Source of the DNA: Octopus sinensis
Lineage: Eukaryota
Reading direction: 5' to 3'
Assembly: GCF_006345805.1 (NCBI RefSeq)
Contig: NC_043022.1
Coordinates: forward strand, 7,688,001 to 7,752,000
Length of the DNA: 64,000 bases
The position numbers and the translations under genes are program-made. Positions 25,001 through 38,012 of this stretch are shown here, one piece after another; position 1 is the stretch's first letter, and each line of letters begins with the position of its first letter. A model generated the notes under the pieces. The model searched no databases. It was not told where the DNA came from and worked only from the letters and a program-made list of their open reading frames with translations.

Positions 25001-25240
25001 AACTACTACTACTACTACTATTACTACTACAACTACTGCTATTAATATCATCAACAATGCTTCCACCATTACCAACCAGCACCGGCAACCAAGTCTACCA
25101 TCATCAGCACTACGCCATGAACCAGCACGATCTCCACCCCGATCACCCATTAATAATTCCATCATCAGCACTGCGCCATAGATCAGCACGATCTCCACCC
25201 CATCACCCTGTAATAATACCATCATGCCGACCACAGCTCT
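23985..25240. repeat. (ACC)/(ACT)/(CAT) mosaic with internal minisatellite-like duplications
   Basis: Recurring ccctcagtactactac..cctatcaccagagctacc blocks. Confidence 0.9.
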
Positions 25241-25764
25241 AATAACTTAACTGTTGTTACGTTATGCTATCGAAATCCCCACAGCGAACTCGGAATGATA
25301 AATGTCAAAGGTGGTCCGAGCAATAGTTCCCATGGCGGAACATTAAAAGAGCGCAACTTAATAACGTGAAGATTTAGAAGGGAATTCTTGTATTCTTTCT
25401 CCTAATTCCGCAAACCATTCCTTGGCGAAATATATTTTCCCGAAAGTCACTTTCCTTTGAATGTTCTAAATAGGCAAGGTTTTATATTATGTTGGCTGAT
25501 TACGTAACACTTCGTTGGAATGTATGAAATGATATTGGTATTGTATACGTAAAGTGATATGATAATATTTCGAAGTAATATAGGCACGGAAATGAAATGA
25601 CATTGTTTTGACGTTGACAGACTACATCTAATTAAATATGTGCATGCTTGTGTGTGCATATATATATATATATATATATAATATATATATATAATATATA
25701 TATATGTATATATATATGTATATGTATATGTATATATATATGTATATATATATATGTATATATG

Positions 25765-26095
25765 CTCCTGTCCTTGTACTGTCCTCCTTCGTGTTTTTTA
25801 TTTCTGTTTTTTATATATATTTTTGTTTCTTGTATTTACATTCGTGTGGCATCCTGTCTTTGTTCCGTATACATTCGACCCTCTTTCCAAGAAATCCAAT
25901 GCCCGTGGCTTGGATTTTCCTTGGAGCTGGCCGGATCGGAGTGATATCGAGATTAAACAGCCGAAATGACTAAGACGATCCGGTTCCCGACTGAAGATTA
26001 AAGGCTTCGAGTGACCCGTCGGTTTTTTGTGTCGTCTCCTTGTGTGTTTTTGCGTTCTTGTCCCACTTTGTAATTTATATTTTATATTAAATTCT
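25765..26095 (+). mobile_element. Unclassified interspersed repeat X, copy 2
   Basis: Homologous to the reverse complement of 722-1240. Confidence 0.7.
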
Positions 26096-26177
<82 letters not shown>

Positions 26178-26178
<1 letters not shown>

Positions 26179-26465
26179 ACTGTGTCACCGTGACCGACCA
26201 GGCTATCAGATGTTGCTACACATCGCTGGTCACAATGCGCTTTGCATTGTTTTAGCCTTCAAATGACGCCACCCCGCTGGCTAAGCGAGTAGGCCAACAG
26301 AATAAAGAGTGAGAGAAAGTTGTGGCGAAAGAGTACAGCAGGGATCACCACCACCCCCTGCCGGAGCCTTGTGGAGCTTTTAGGTGTTTCCGCTCATTAA
26401 ACACTCTCAACGCCCGGTCTGGGAATCGAAACCGCTGCCCTAACCACTGGGCCATTGCGCCTCCA
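26178..26465 (-). mobile_element. SINE family C (body A, tail T2)
   Basis: Same head and body as 1995-2375 with a different 3' tail (gccagcggggtggcgtcatttgaaggc..ggtcggtcacggtga). Confidence 0.85.
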
Positions 26466-26487
26466 CATGTGTGTGTGTGTGTGTGTA

Positions 26488-26905
26488 GGCGCAGGTATGG
26501 CTGTATAGTAAGAAGCTTGATTTTCCAACCACGTGGTTCCTGGTTCAGTCCTATTAGTGGCTCCTTGGAGAAGTGTCTTCTTCTAAAGCCTCGGGCTGGT
26601 CAAAGCCTTGTGAGTGTATTTGGTTGACGGAAACGGAAAGAAGCCCGCCATACATACATGTATGTGTATATGTGTGTTTGTGTGTTTGTGTTTGGTGCTT
26701 TCATATCTGTGTTTGTTCCCCATCACTGCTTGTCAACCGGTGCTGGTGTGTTTACGTCACCCGTAACTTTACGGTTCGATAAAACAGAGCAATAGAATAA
26801 ATACCAGCCCTAACAAGAAATAAGTAGCGGGGTCGATTCGTTCGACTAAAATGTCTACAAGGTGGTGCCCCAGCATGGCCACAACCTAATGAGTGAAACA
26901 AGGGA
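26488..26905 (+). mobile_element. SINE family A, diverged
   Basis: Consensus match with substitutions. Confidence 0.85.
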
Positions 26906-27565
26906 AAGACAATATATATGGAATTTACTTTATAAAGCACGTCCACCGGTATCGGCTATCAGACACCATTATCCAATGAAAATGGATCGCTTCACCCCAT
27001 TCCTGTTGTCAACGTTATATAACTATGGATTCTTTTATTGTTTCAATTTGACTGTAGCCAACCTTGGCCACCACATTGAGAGGTTTTAGTTGAGTAAATC
27101 GAAGCTAGTGCTTATGTTTAAGCTTGTTATTTATTCCGTCGGTACTTTGTCACAAAGACATAAACAAACCAATACCGATTGACAAACGATGGCTGAGAAA
27201 CAGAGTAATATATATATATATACGACAGGCTTCCTCACGATGTCTGTCTACAAAACGGCATTAGACGGTCCGCTGTTATAATAGATTAGTAGATGACATT
27301 TGCCCATGGTGCTGTGCATTGGGGTTGAACCCGAAACTACGAGGTTGCAAAATGAGCTAAATCACACAGCCATGCGTGCCTCTTATAATATGTGTCTGCA
27401 TATAAATACATACACATGCTCCCTTCCATATCGGCTAACTCAGATGAGCGTAAGGTTATATTATCGGATTGTTGTCTCACACTCCATTGTATTCCTAGCG
27501 CGAAACCCATTGGTAAGATCAGCGGAGATGGAAATATAATACTGTACATTTCAGATTATAAATAT

Positions 27566-27753
27566 AGCTGTGTGGTAAGTAGCTTGCTTACAAACCACAT
27601 GGTTCTGGGTTCAGTCCCACTGCGTGGCACCTTGGGCAAGTGTCTTCTACTATAGCCTCGGGCCGACCAAAGCCTTGTGAGTGGATTTGGTTGACAGAAA
27701 CTGAAAAAAGCCCGTCGTATATATATATGTGTGTATGTGTGGGTGTGTGTGTG

Positions 27754-27798
<45 letters not shown>

Positions 27799-28010
27799 TG
27801 TGTGTGTGTGTATGTTTGTGTGTCTGTGTTTGTTCCCCCAACATCGCTTGACAACCGATTCTGGTATGTTTACGGCCCCCGTCACTTAGCGGTTCGGCAA
27901 AAGGGACCGATAGAATAAGTACTAGGCTTACAAAGAATAAGTCCTGGAGTCAAATTGGTTGACTAAAGGCGGTGCTCTAGCATGGCCGCAGTCAAATGAG
28001 TGAAACAATA
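27566..28010 (+). mobile_element. SINE family A
   Basis: Consensus match; internal (GT)/(GA)n expanded. Confidence 0.9.
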
Positions 28011-28585
28011 TAGAAGATAAAAGATGTATATCTCTTATTATAAAAGGCAGATTTTATCTGCCTCCCTTTGTCTCTTATAGAAATCTACAATATAGGATTT
28101 CTTCAATTACAATTTACCTAGCATTTTTAAGAGTAGAATGTATCGGGTCGTGCCAGGTCCAGTTTTTAAAATTTCAACCCCAATTAAGCAAAATTTAGAG
28201 AAAACTCATATTGTGGTGTGTATGTCAAGTGCTTTTCTTAGTGTGGGCTACAGAACACGCACACGCACACACACACACACAAACGGAGCGAACTGTTTCA
28301 CTGACGCTATCACCCTAATTTCTCCTTCTTTGTCTTTGCAAGTGTGCAACGATTAAAGTGAAAGTAATTCACTTTTTGTAGTGAGTGACTCTTTCACTCT
28401 GCATTCCCACTTCCTCTTTACACACATAGACACGCAAATATATAAATAAAATTGTAAGCTAACGTGTGTGTGTGTGTGTGCGTGTGTGTGTGAGTGTGTG
28501 TGCGTGTGTGTGTGAGGGAGCGTGTGTGTGTGTGTGTGTGTGAGGATGCGTGTGTGTGTGTGTGCGTGTGTGTGAGTGTGTGACA

Positions 28586-29101
28586 GGAAAGTTTTTTAGG
28601 ACGAATATAAGACCTAAAGTATTTCCAAGTAGCAGAAAGATCGCCCAAAAGTGTATATAGATATTTAAATGTATTTATATATTCATCTATACACAGATGA
28701 ATGTATAATGTGTGTGTATATATTTCCATAGACGTAACCATTCACTCCGCACAAAGTTTTTTAGGACGAAAATAAGATCTAAAGTTATCTCTAAGTAGCA
28801 CAAAGATCGCCCAAAAGTGTATATAGATATATAAATGTATTTATATATTCATCTATGCACACATGTATGTTTAACGTGTATGTATATATTTCCAGAGGTA
28901 ACCATTCACTCCATACAAAGTTTTTTAGGACGAAAATAAGATCTAAAGTTATCTCTAAGAAACAGAAAGTTCGCCCAAAAGTGTATATAGATATTTAAAT
29001 GTATTTATATATTCATCTATACACACATGTATGTATAATGTGCATGTATATATTTCCATAGAGGTAACCATTCAATCCATACAAAGTGTTTTAGGACGAA
29101 A
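28586..29101. repeat. ~165-bp tandem repeat, about 3.1 copies, inside the Helitron
   Basis: aaagt..ttaggacgaa recurs at ~28588, 28753, 28917 and 29083. Confidence 0.93.
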
Positions 29102-29350
29102 ATGTTTATATATAAAAGAAAGGTTGTGTGTCTGTCTACTCCGATTTAGATTCCTAACTACTCCCACATTTTGCGATGTAGTTTAACCAAAACCGGGTAT
29201 CTTATAGTCGTGATTCATATCGAGCCCTTCTGGGTATTAGCGCGCGTCTACGATGAGTCTACGATTTTACAAATAATTTACCATCATTGTTTTCCATTTT
29301 AATGCATATTTTTTAAATAAAGGGAAGTAACTCTCAAACTTCACACCAAT

Positions 29351-29827
29351 ATGCGTGCTCATATGCGACGTAATATCACATCAGCAGCATTTCCTCACAC
29401 CCTCCTTGCACTTGGCGAAGGCAAAATACCAGGGGATGAAAATGGTAATATTGCCATCGATTCCATTTGTACCATTGTTAAGACGCCTTCTGATCTCAGA
29501 GATGCAGTGTTCCAAGATCTACAAGCTAATTATTAGAATATGGATTGGATTGGCAAAAAGGCTATACTGGCCCCGACGAATAAAACTGTTCACCATATTA
29601 ATGATGAAATGCTAAAACTCATTCCTGGGGAAGTCTATGTATATCAGTCTATCGATACAACTCCTGACCCAGAGGACGTCATCAACTATCCAATAGAGGT
29701 ACTCAATTCCTTTGAGCACCCCGGACTACCACCACACATTCTCAAACTTAAAGTTGGTGCCCCTATAATGCTCATCAGAAATTTGGTTCTTATCTCCCAC
29801 CGTAAACTTATATCAATATTTGCCTGA
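29351..29827 (+). pseudogene. Helitron Pif1-like helicase fragment with one in-frame stop (TAG 29534-29536)
   Basis: MR..LLALGEG..Y*NMDWIGKKAILAPTNKTVHHINDEMLKLIPGEVYVYQSID..YPIEVLNSFEHPGLPPHILKLKVGAPIMLIRNL matches the Pif1/Helitron 'LPPH.L.LKVG.PIMLLRNL' signature. Confidence 0.92.
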
Positions 29828-30679
29828 ATAATCATCATAATTCAGTGCAATCATTAACAGTACTTTCAAGCAATTCAGCCCCGAGCAACGCCGGGCAATT
29901 CTGCTAGTAAATGAATAAAAATGGCTTTTCAGATAACTTCTTCACTTTAATCAATGGATGTGGGAAAATTATCAGTAAAGCCATTTCTATACTTTTTTTT
30001 TCAAATATATAATACTGTACCAATGACTTTCTATTTCTTATTCTCCTAGCCTTTCTTCTTTCTCTTTCCAGCTTCATCCCTTCTCCCTGTCGCTCTCTCT
30101 CCCTATCTCTCTCTTGCCCTCTTTCTCCACTGCCTGTTGCTCTCACAGGACCCGTTGCCAGCTTTCCTTTCTTTCTCTCCCAATATCACACCGGTCGCGT
30201 AGGTGACTGGTAACAAACTCTCAATTTCACTGTTTTCTAGCCTTTGGGATGTCTTCTAAGCAAGCGTTTCTCACTATTTTTGATTTTTTGACCCTCAGAC
30301 TATACTTTGCCCGTTTCCTTTTTATTTCGTCTTTGTCCATCCTCTTAAATCACATTTATTCATGTCCGTATGTCCATTCTCGGCCCTGTTCACCGCAACA
30401 TTCTGGCATCATTAATGGTACGAAACTGAGTATTACCCATTTTAGTTGATAACTGATGAAGAATTAAGGACTTTCTGTGTCTGTCTCCCCTCCGGTTTGT
30501 ACACCCAGTATACGTTGTGGGGTTTGTTTATTTACCATATATTTTTCATATATATATATATATATATAATATATATATATATTATATATATATTATAGTC
30601 TGTGAAATTTGATTTAGTATTTCTAAATTGAATTATTCCATGTAAGTTTGGAATAATATTCCCTCATATTATTATTATA

Positions 30680-30726
<47 letters not shown>

Positions 30727-30727
<1 letters not shown>

Positions 30728-30930
30728 TTTTACTTGCTTCAGTCATTTGACTGCAGCCATGCTTGAGCACCGCTTTCAGTCGAACAAATCGACCCCAAGA
30801 ATTATTCTTTGTAAGACTAGTACTTATTCTATCGGTCGCTTTTGCCGAACCGCTAAGTTGCAGGGATGCAATGACACGTCACCTGTCAAGCACTGGTGAG
30901 GGAACAAACGCGGACGGACACACACACACA
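30727..30930 (-). mobile_element. SINE family A, 3' half
   Basis: Tail consensus match. Confidence 0.85.
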
Positions 30931-31145
30931 CACAGTATAAATGTTGTTTTATTTTCGTTTAGTGTTTTGCGCGAAACATAACATATGGTACGTATTCTTT
31001 AACGAGTAATAACAAACGCTATGTTTTGCTTCGTTTTAAACATTTACTTAGAATTAAATTGCCGATGAAATGATGGATATACATATTATGTAAATGTGTA
31101 AGTCCGTTACTATGATTATTTAAATGCATCCTATTAAATATTGTA

Positions 31146-31361
31146 TTAGATAGATAGATAGATAGATAGATAGATTGAGAGAGAGATTGAGAGAGAGAGA
31201 GACAGAAAGATAAATAGATAGATAGATAAAAAGATAGATAGATGGATGGATCGATCGATCGGTCGATAGATAGATAAATAGATAAAAAGATAGATAAATA
31301 AATAGATTGATAGATAAAAAGATAGATAGATAGATAGATAGATAAAAAGATAGATATATAA

Positions 31362-31397
<36 letters not shown>

Positions 31398-31493
31398 AAA
31401 GATAGATAGATAGACAAACAAATAGGTAGATAGATAAATATATAGGCAAATAGATAAATAGACAAGTAGAGAGTTAGATAAATAGATAGACAA

Positions 31494-31528
<35 letters not shown>
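31146..31528. repeat. (GATA)n / (GA)n microsatellite
   Basis: Direct reading. Confidence 0.97.
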
Positions 31529-31531
<3 letters not shown>

Positions 31532-32020
31532 CAAGACAATACCATCTGACATAAATTCTGAAAGCTTATGTTTATTTTACATCAAAATGTCATTTTATAT
31601 ATATATATTTCCAACATTTACAATCCAATGGATTGTTATGGTCTCAGCTGTTGAGGTTTACAGAATGATATAATCCATGATATACCAGATGATATTTTGC
31701 TATAAAATAGTAAATATCAGATATCCTATATATCATATGGTGATAAAATATCGTCTTACATAAACTGTAACACAGAAAGTGTTATAGGTTATGTAATATG
31801 ATATTGTAATTTGGAGAGAATGTATCAGATTTTATATAACATGATACTGTGGTGTATAAGCAGAAAGTATCTTGGTTTATGTATGGTGCCGTATTGGCAG
31901 CGGCGGTAGAGTATTGAATAAAGTGCCTTGCAGAATATGATCTCCCTTTCTGTGTTGTGTTTTGAAATCCCAACGAAATTAACATTTCCATTGATATGTT
32001 CTGGATGAAATGAGACGATC

Positions 32021-32670
32021 GGGCGCAGCTGGTTGGGCGCTGATGATTTGGCTGCTTGGGTGCTGATGATTTGGTGTGGCTGGTTGAGCGCTGACGATTT
32101 GGTGTGGCTGGTTGGCGCTGATGATTTGGCGTGGCTGTTTGGGTGCTGATGATTTGGCGTGGCTGTTTAGGCGCTGATGATTTGGCGTGGCTGTTTGGGC
32201 GCTGATAATTTGGTGTGGCTGGTTGGGCGCTGATGATTTGGCGTAGCTGTCTGCACGCTGATTATTTGGCGTGGCTGTTTGGGTGCTGATAATTTGTTGT
32301 GGCTGGTTGGGTACTGATGATTTGGTGTGGCTGGTTGGGTACTGATGATTTGGTGTGGCTGGTTGGGTACTGATGATTTGGTGTGGCTGGTTGGGCGCTG
32401 ATGATTTGGCGTGGCTGTTTGGGTGCTGATAATTTGTTGTGGCTGGTTGGGTACTGATGATTTGGTGTGGCTGGTTGGGCGCTGATGATTTGGCGTGGCT
32501 GTTTGGGTGCTGATAATTTGTTGTGGCTGGTTGGGTACTGATGATTTGGTGTGGCTGGTTGGGCGCTGATGATTTGGCGTGGCTGTTTGGGCGCTGATGA
32601 TTTGGCGCGGCTGCTTTGGTGCTGATGATTTGGTGTGGCTGAACGAGCGCTGGTGATATGGCGTGGCTGG
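32021..32670. repeat. 28-bp minisatellite (gctgatgatttggtgtggctggttgggc), ~23 units, with 84-bp higher-order repeat
   Basis: A three-unit pattern repeats, visible as the 28-aa repeat in ORF 32262-32678. Confidence 0.95.
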
Positions 32671-32764
32671 CTGGTCATTCAGCCAGTCCTGGTAACAGTA
32701 CTATTCAGTGCTGGAGCTAATCACAGGTACATGCGTGGAAATATACACATACTGATGGAAAGGG

Positions 32765-33085
32765 CCGGGTCAGGTATGGCGGCAAGTGCCGCTACAGCGC
32801 GTCACTGCGTCCACTATTTGTCGGCAGCTGCTCGGGTTGTCCCAGACAATCCTCTGAGCTGTTTCCACTATCTCTGTGAGTTAGTTCCTCATGCGCCGTT
32901 GCCATGAGCCATGAGCACAGAGCCATGTGGCGCAGCAACATGTGCCGTCATCCCAACTGGATCGTCAGAGAAGAGAACATGATGAGACGGATCCAACTCA
33001 GAAAATCGATGTACATGGCCAAACGGTTTGAGCTGAGGCTTCCGAATCTTCCAAGTAACAGGACACATCCCAGTTTCTGAATATA
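32765..33085 (-). pseudogene. RTE-clade LINE ORF2 C-terminus and 3' end
   Basis: LYSETGMCPVTWKIRKPQLKPFGHVHRF..DP then IVDAVTRCSGTCRHT*, ending tgacc. Resembles RTE 'IR..RL..FGHV.R..DP' and its terminal motif. Confidence 0.75.
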
Positions 33086-33114
33086 GTGGTAAGTTAGATA
33101 TAGAAACAGTGAGA

Positions 33115-33273
33115 AGCGCAGGAGTGGCTGTGTGGTAAGTAGTTTGTTTACCAAACACATGGTTCCTGGTTCACTCCCACTGCATGGCACATTGGGTGTC
33201 TTCTACTATAGCCTCGGGCTGACCAAAACCTTGCGAGTGGATTTGGTAGACGGAAACTGAAAGAAGCCCCTCG

Positions 33274-33323
<50 letters not shown>

Positions 33324-33497
33324 TGCGTTTGTTTTTGTCACCCCACCATCGCTTGAAAGCCAATGTTGGTGTGTTTATGTCCGCGTAACTTAGCGGTTCG
33401 ACAAAAGAGACCTTTAGAATAAGTACTAGGCTTACAAAGAAAAAGTCCTGGTGCTCCAGCATGGCCGCAGTCAAATGGCAAGTAAAAGGAAAGAGAG
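33115..33497 (+). mobile_element. SINE family A
   Basis: Consensus match. Confidence 0.9.
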
Positions 33498-33969
33498 AAA
33501 CAGGGAGAGATATTACAATTTATCAACTGAGCACGATTGATATAAGCTCTCTCCTTCTTCATTTATACATAAAAATATGTTTACGCACATAGAGAGAGAG
33601 AGAGAGAGAGAGAAGGAGGCGGAGAGTGAGGAAAGAGGGAAAGAGATTTCAATTTATTAATTGAAAATCATTGACATAAAACTTTTTCCCTGTCTTCATA
33701 CAAATAGAGATATATGTTCACACACATAGAGGGAGAGAAAGAGGGAAGGAGAGAGAGAAAGGGGGAGGGAGAGAGAAAGAGTGAAGGAGATAGAGAGAAA
33801 GGGGGAAGGAGAGAGAGAAAGAGGACGGGAGAAAAAGGAGAGAGAAAGAGGTGGGAGAGGACATTACAATTCATAAATTAAGCACAACTGATATAAACAC
33901 TTCCGTTTTCCTCATACAAATAGAGAAATGAGATTACACATAAGCACAGAGAGAGGAGGGAGAAAATGA

Positions 33970-34470
33970 GAGGAACAGTAAAGCGAGAAAATATTAAAAC
34001 GCCTGTTGTCAAATAAGTCAGCGTCGAACAATTTATGCTAAGTGGGCGATGTCAAAACGGCTGAGGCAAAACGATTCTTACCAGTTACAAAAACACTAAC
34101 CTTGGATGGTGGATTCATACCAGTTACAAAAGCACCAAACTAGGACAGAGAGTGGGGAAGGAGAAGATGAGAGAAACAGTAAAGCGAGAAAATATTACAA
34201 CGGCTGTTGTCAAATAAGTCAGCGTCGAATTATTTATGCTAAGTGGGCGATGTCAAAGCGGCTGAGGCAATACGATTCATACAGTTACAAAAGCACCAAA
34301 CTAGGACAGAGAGTGGGGAAGGAGAAGATGAGAGAAACAGTAAAGTGAGAAAATATTACAACGGCTGTTGTCAAATAAGTCAGCGTCGAATTATTTATGC
34401 TAAGTGGGCGATGTCAAAGCGGCTGAGGCAATACGATTCATACCAGTTACAAAAGCACCAACCTAGGTGG
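33970..34470. repeat. Tandem triplication, ~161-bp unit
   Basis: gagaaacagtaaagcgagaaaatatta recurs at 33970, 34171 and 34332. Confidence 0.92.
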
Positions 34471-34659
34471 ATTGACGGAAATGTAAGAACGTAGGACTGG
34501 ATAGCTACTAACATTTCTCCCAGTTCTTAGCGCTCTTCAAATCCCGTCGCAGACCTTTAAATTAATCTTTTGCATTCATCGCCAGGTTCGACGTTGTTAA
34601 CTGGTACCTTGGGTACTCCTAGCGGAATTCACTCTGCTGCAAGAATTCGAACAAGGATA

Positions 34660-35070
34660 GGTGCATGCGTGGCTGTGTGGTATGAAGCTTGCTTCCCAAC
34701 TACATGGTTTCGGTTTCAGTCCCACTGCATGGCATCTTGGGCACGTGTCTTCTGTTATAGCCTCAGGCCCACAAAAACCTTGTAAGTGGATTTGGTAGAC
34801 GGAAACTCACAGAAGCCCGTCGTATATGTATATATATATTTATGAGTGTGTATGTCTGTGGTTGTCCCCCACCCCACCCCACCTTCACTTGACAACCGAT
34901 GTTGGTGTGATTACGTTTCTGTAACTCAGTGGTTCGGCAAAAGAGGGTGATAGTATAAGTACTAGGTTTATAAAGAATCAGTCCTGGGTCGATTTCTTGG
35001 ACAAAAACACTTTATGGTGGTACTGCAGCATGGCCACAGCCAAATGACCAAAATAATTAAAACAGTAAAA
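34660..35070 (+). mobile_element. SINE family A, diverged
   Basis: Consensus match. Confidence 0.85.
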
Positions 35071-35550
35071 CAATAAAGCTCTTAAAAGACTCATTTTTTA
35101 AATAATACAACAAAACAGAAGAAAGCAAACGGTAACCAAAATACATGGTGGGCCTAAAGACGCTCAAAACAAGCTCCGGCAATTCTTCTAAAATTGAATA
35201 AAATATATAAGATAATGAGAAATATACACATACTTGTATCCATTGGTGGACTGAGTCTAAAAATATTGGTTGCCAAGAGACTAAGGGGGCCCACCCGCAA
35301 CTGCAATGTTATCATTTAATTTTTTTATGTTAAAAGTATTCTTTTCAACTGTATACAAGCACAGCCAGGCTGAAATAATTAATACATTCTTCCAGGAGTG
35401 AATAAAAAGATTCTCAAATTTGAGGGGATGGGCCCCTTATTTACTGACATGGACCCCCGTATGCAGATTCTAATGGTGCAGGGGCCCACTTGCAATTGCG
35501 CAAACTGGCAACCTGGCTATTCCACCACAGCTTGTATCTGATGAACAAAA

Positions 35551-35591
<41 letters not shown>

Positions 35592-36529
35592 GTAATATAT
35601 TGTCAAAGGTTTTGGTACGTGGATTTTGGCCCATCCTGTACTGCATTATCACAACCTGACGAGGCAGAGTTGAAAGAATTGGAACTTAAAATATTTTAGA
35701 GAATTTCTCTGGTTTGCCGGTCCAAGCTGCCTTCACAAGCATCCTCGAATCGTTTAAAATTCCACTTCACGTTCATCCAAACTAAATTAATTATAATTTC
35801 AAAACTGGTTTGTCCAGTCTATTCAAAAGCATTTTCATTCAAGAGGTTTTGATTCGTGAGAAATTCTAACGGTGTAACAACGTGACTTTAAATTTTTTAA
35901 AAAAGCAACTTTATTCTTTTTTCACAATAATATTTCGAACGTAAGAGTTCTAATTCAAATACTAAAATGGAACAAAGAAAACGAACATTGTATCATTAGA
36001 AATCCCTCAGTGACAGCTTTCAGGTTTCTGTTCACCGTTACACATTACAATGCTTCCAGCAGATCAGAAAAAAGCCATTTTCAAAAGTCTGTTACGTGTA
36101 ACAAGGGGGAACGTGAGATGGAATCATGGTTTCAGCTGGTTGATATTTTAATCTCCCCTCCCTCTCTTTCTCGCTATCTCTCTCTCTATCTATCACTATC
36201 TATCTTTCTCTCACTTTCTTCTCTCGACATATAGTTGTAGAAATGATAGTGGTCGTAGTAGTAAGAATGGTGATGATTGTAGTAGTAGTAGTGATGATGG
36301 TTGTACTGGTGGTGACAGTATTAGTAGTAGTAGAATCAGTAATGGTGATAATGGTAGTAATAGAAACACCAATCCGACCTGGCCCTACCGTATGGTGTAC
36401 AAAGTGTATAGACTCTCTTCACTTCTTTCTTAAACATACATTTATTCTAATCACCTGGAAGTCATTTTAATTAAGAGAATTGGTAAATTTCATGTTGGAA
36501 AATATGGGGTTTTTTTTTCTTATTTCCTT

Positions 36530-36865
36530 TTATCTTTTAGCCTCGATTCCAGCATTGGATTCTGGCAATGCTGGGGCACCCACTTCAAGAGTTTAGTTGG
36601 AAAAATCGATCCCCAGAAAATTTTTTGAAAGTCTACTATTCATTTTATTGTGACTCCGTTGCAGAACCACGATGTTAAGGGAGCACAAACACAAAGACAC
36701 ACAAACACACACATGATATATATATTCGATGGGCTTCCACGCGGTTTCCATCTGCCAAATCCTCTCACAAAGCATAGGTCGCTTTTGGGCTCGGGTAGAA
36801 GACTGTTGCCTCAAGTGCCACGCAGTGAGACCGAACCAAAAGCAAACACCTGAACGACGCAGCTA
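36530..36865 (-). mobile_element. SINE family A, old
   Basis: Diverged consensus match. Confidence 0.75.
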
Positions 36866-37029
36866 TACTTGTGTGTATTTGCCAAATAATTGATTAAAAT
36901 ATATCAAAATAAAATTATCTTTATACAGTGGAAGTTAACAAAGTACAGTGTACTGAGGATTCTTGTGTGAAAGACGAGTGATGTAAAAGATACATTTGAC
37001 GCATTATTAATTAACATAATAGCATAAAC

Positions 37030-37950
37030 TGGAAAAAACATGGATTACATGGGAAAATGCGAGCAGGAGAAATAATATTTTTAAGATTATAAACCTGGTA
37101 AATTACAGGACAAGTTATTACACTAGGAAAAGTTCAGGACAACTTATTACATCTAGGAAAGTTCAGAACAAGAAAATTTTAACTTAAAATTTTGCAGCTA
37201 AGGTCAAAATTTGAATATTAAATATTATTTGATTTTAATTTACAAAGTAACATTATAATTAAAAAAGGTACCATTATTTTGTTAAAATATTGACACTTAA
37301 AAAATACTTAAAAAATGAGAGCCAGAAGTACCAAGACTGGTAAAGTTTTATGCAAAGCAGAATAGTATATATGGTGGGCAAATTCATTATGTAAAAAATG
37401 GGCATTGGGTCAAGACTAAAAATGTGAAGACTTGGCAATAACTTAGGCAATATCTCAAGCAAATTTTACTGTGAATTTATTGTTCTAGGAAGTTTTTACT
37501 TTAATGTATAACTAATTTTTGTATTACTCTATTTATTGTACTAACTAATCATGTACTACTATTATTTTTATAACGTATTTTTAAATTTCTAATTATTAAT
37601 AATATTAAAAATGAATTTTTTTAAAGTACAAAAAATATTTTAACTGAGTTATTTTTTAAATTTTTAATAGAAGTAACAAGTAATAACAAATAGAAGTAAT
37701 AACTTGTAATAAAATTTTTAGTTTTAATAAAGCTAATATTTTCTAAATCTAAATATTTTATTTGAAATTCTTTCCTTAGCGGCAAAATTTTAAATAAAAA
37801 ATTTCCTTGTTCTGTACTTTACCAGATGTAATTAGTTGTCCTGAGCCTTTCCAAGTGTAATAACTTGTCCAGTAATTTTCCAGGTTTATAATCTTAAGAA
37901 CATAATTTCCTTTACTCGCATTTTCCCATGTAATACAGTCCTTTCTTCCA
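37030..37950. mobile_element. Non-autonomous DNA element with ~160-bp terminal inverted repeats (fold-back/MITE)
   Basis: attacatgggaaaatgcgag..attttgcagctaagg (37044-37203) is the reverse complement of 37775-37934. The TIRs contain ggacaa.ttattaca subrepeats and the interior is AT-rich. Confidence 0.85.
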
Positions 37951-38012
37951 ATAAATTTTGAAATTAATGACGATTTTAGTAAAATTAACTTGTCAGTATT
38001 AAACTGGTGTCA

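Larger units (their letters stand above)
28031..29907 (+). mobile_element. Composite non-autonomous Helitron
   Basis: A|TCtcttattataaaa 5' end, GC-rich imperfect hairpin 29878-29896, and CTAG|T 3' end, i.e. inserted between A and T. Contains a helicase fragment. Confidence 0.8.

Noticed and set aside
30400-30480. cgaaac ... ctgatgaag as a hammerhead
   Set aside because: No complementary helices found.
32021-32670. CTGATGA in each 28-bp unit as a hammerhead or C/D-box array
   Set aside because: No GAAA partner or helices; the motif is simply part of the unit.
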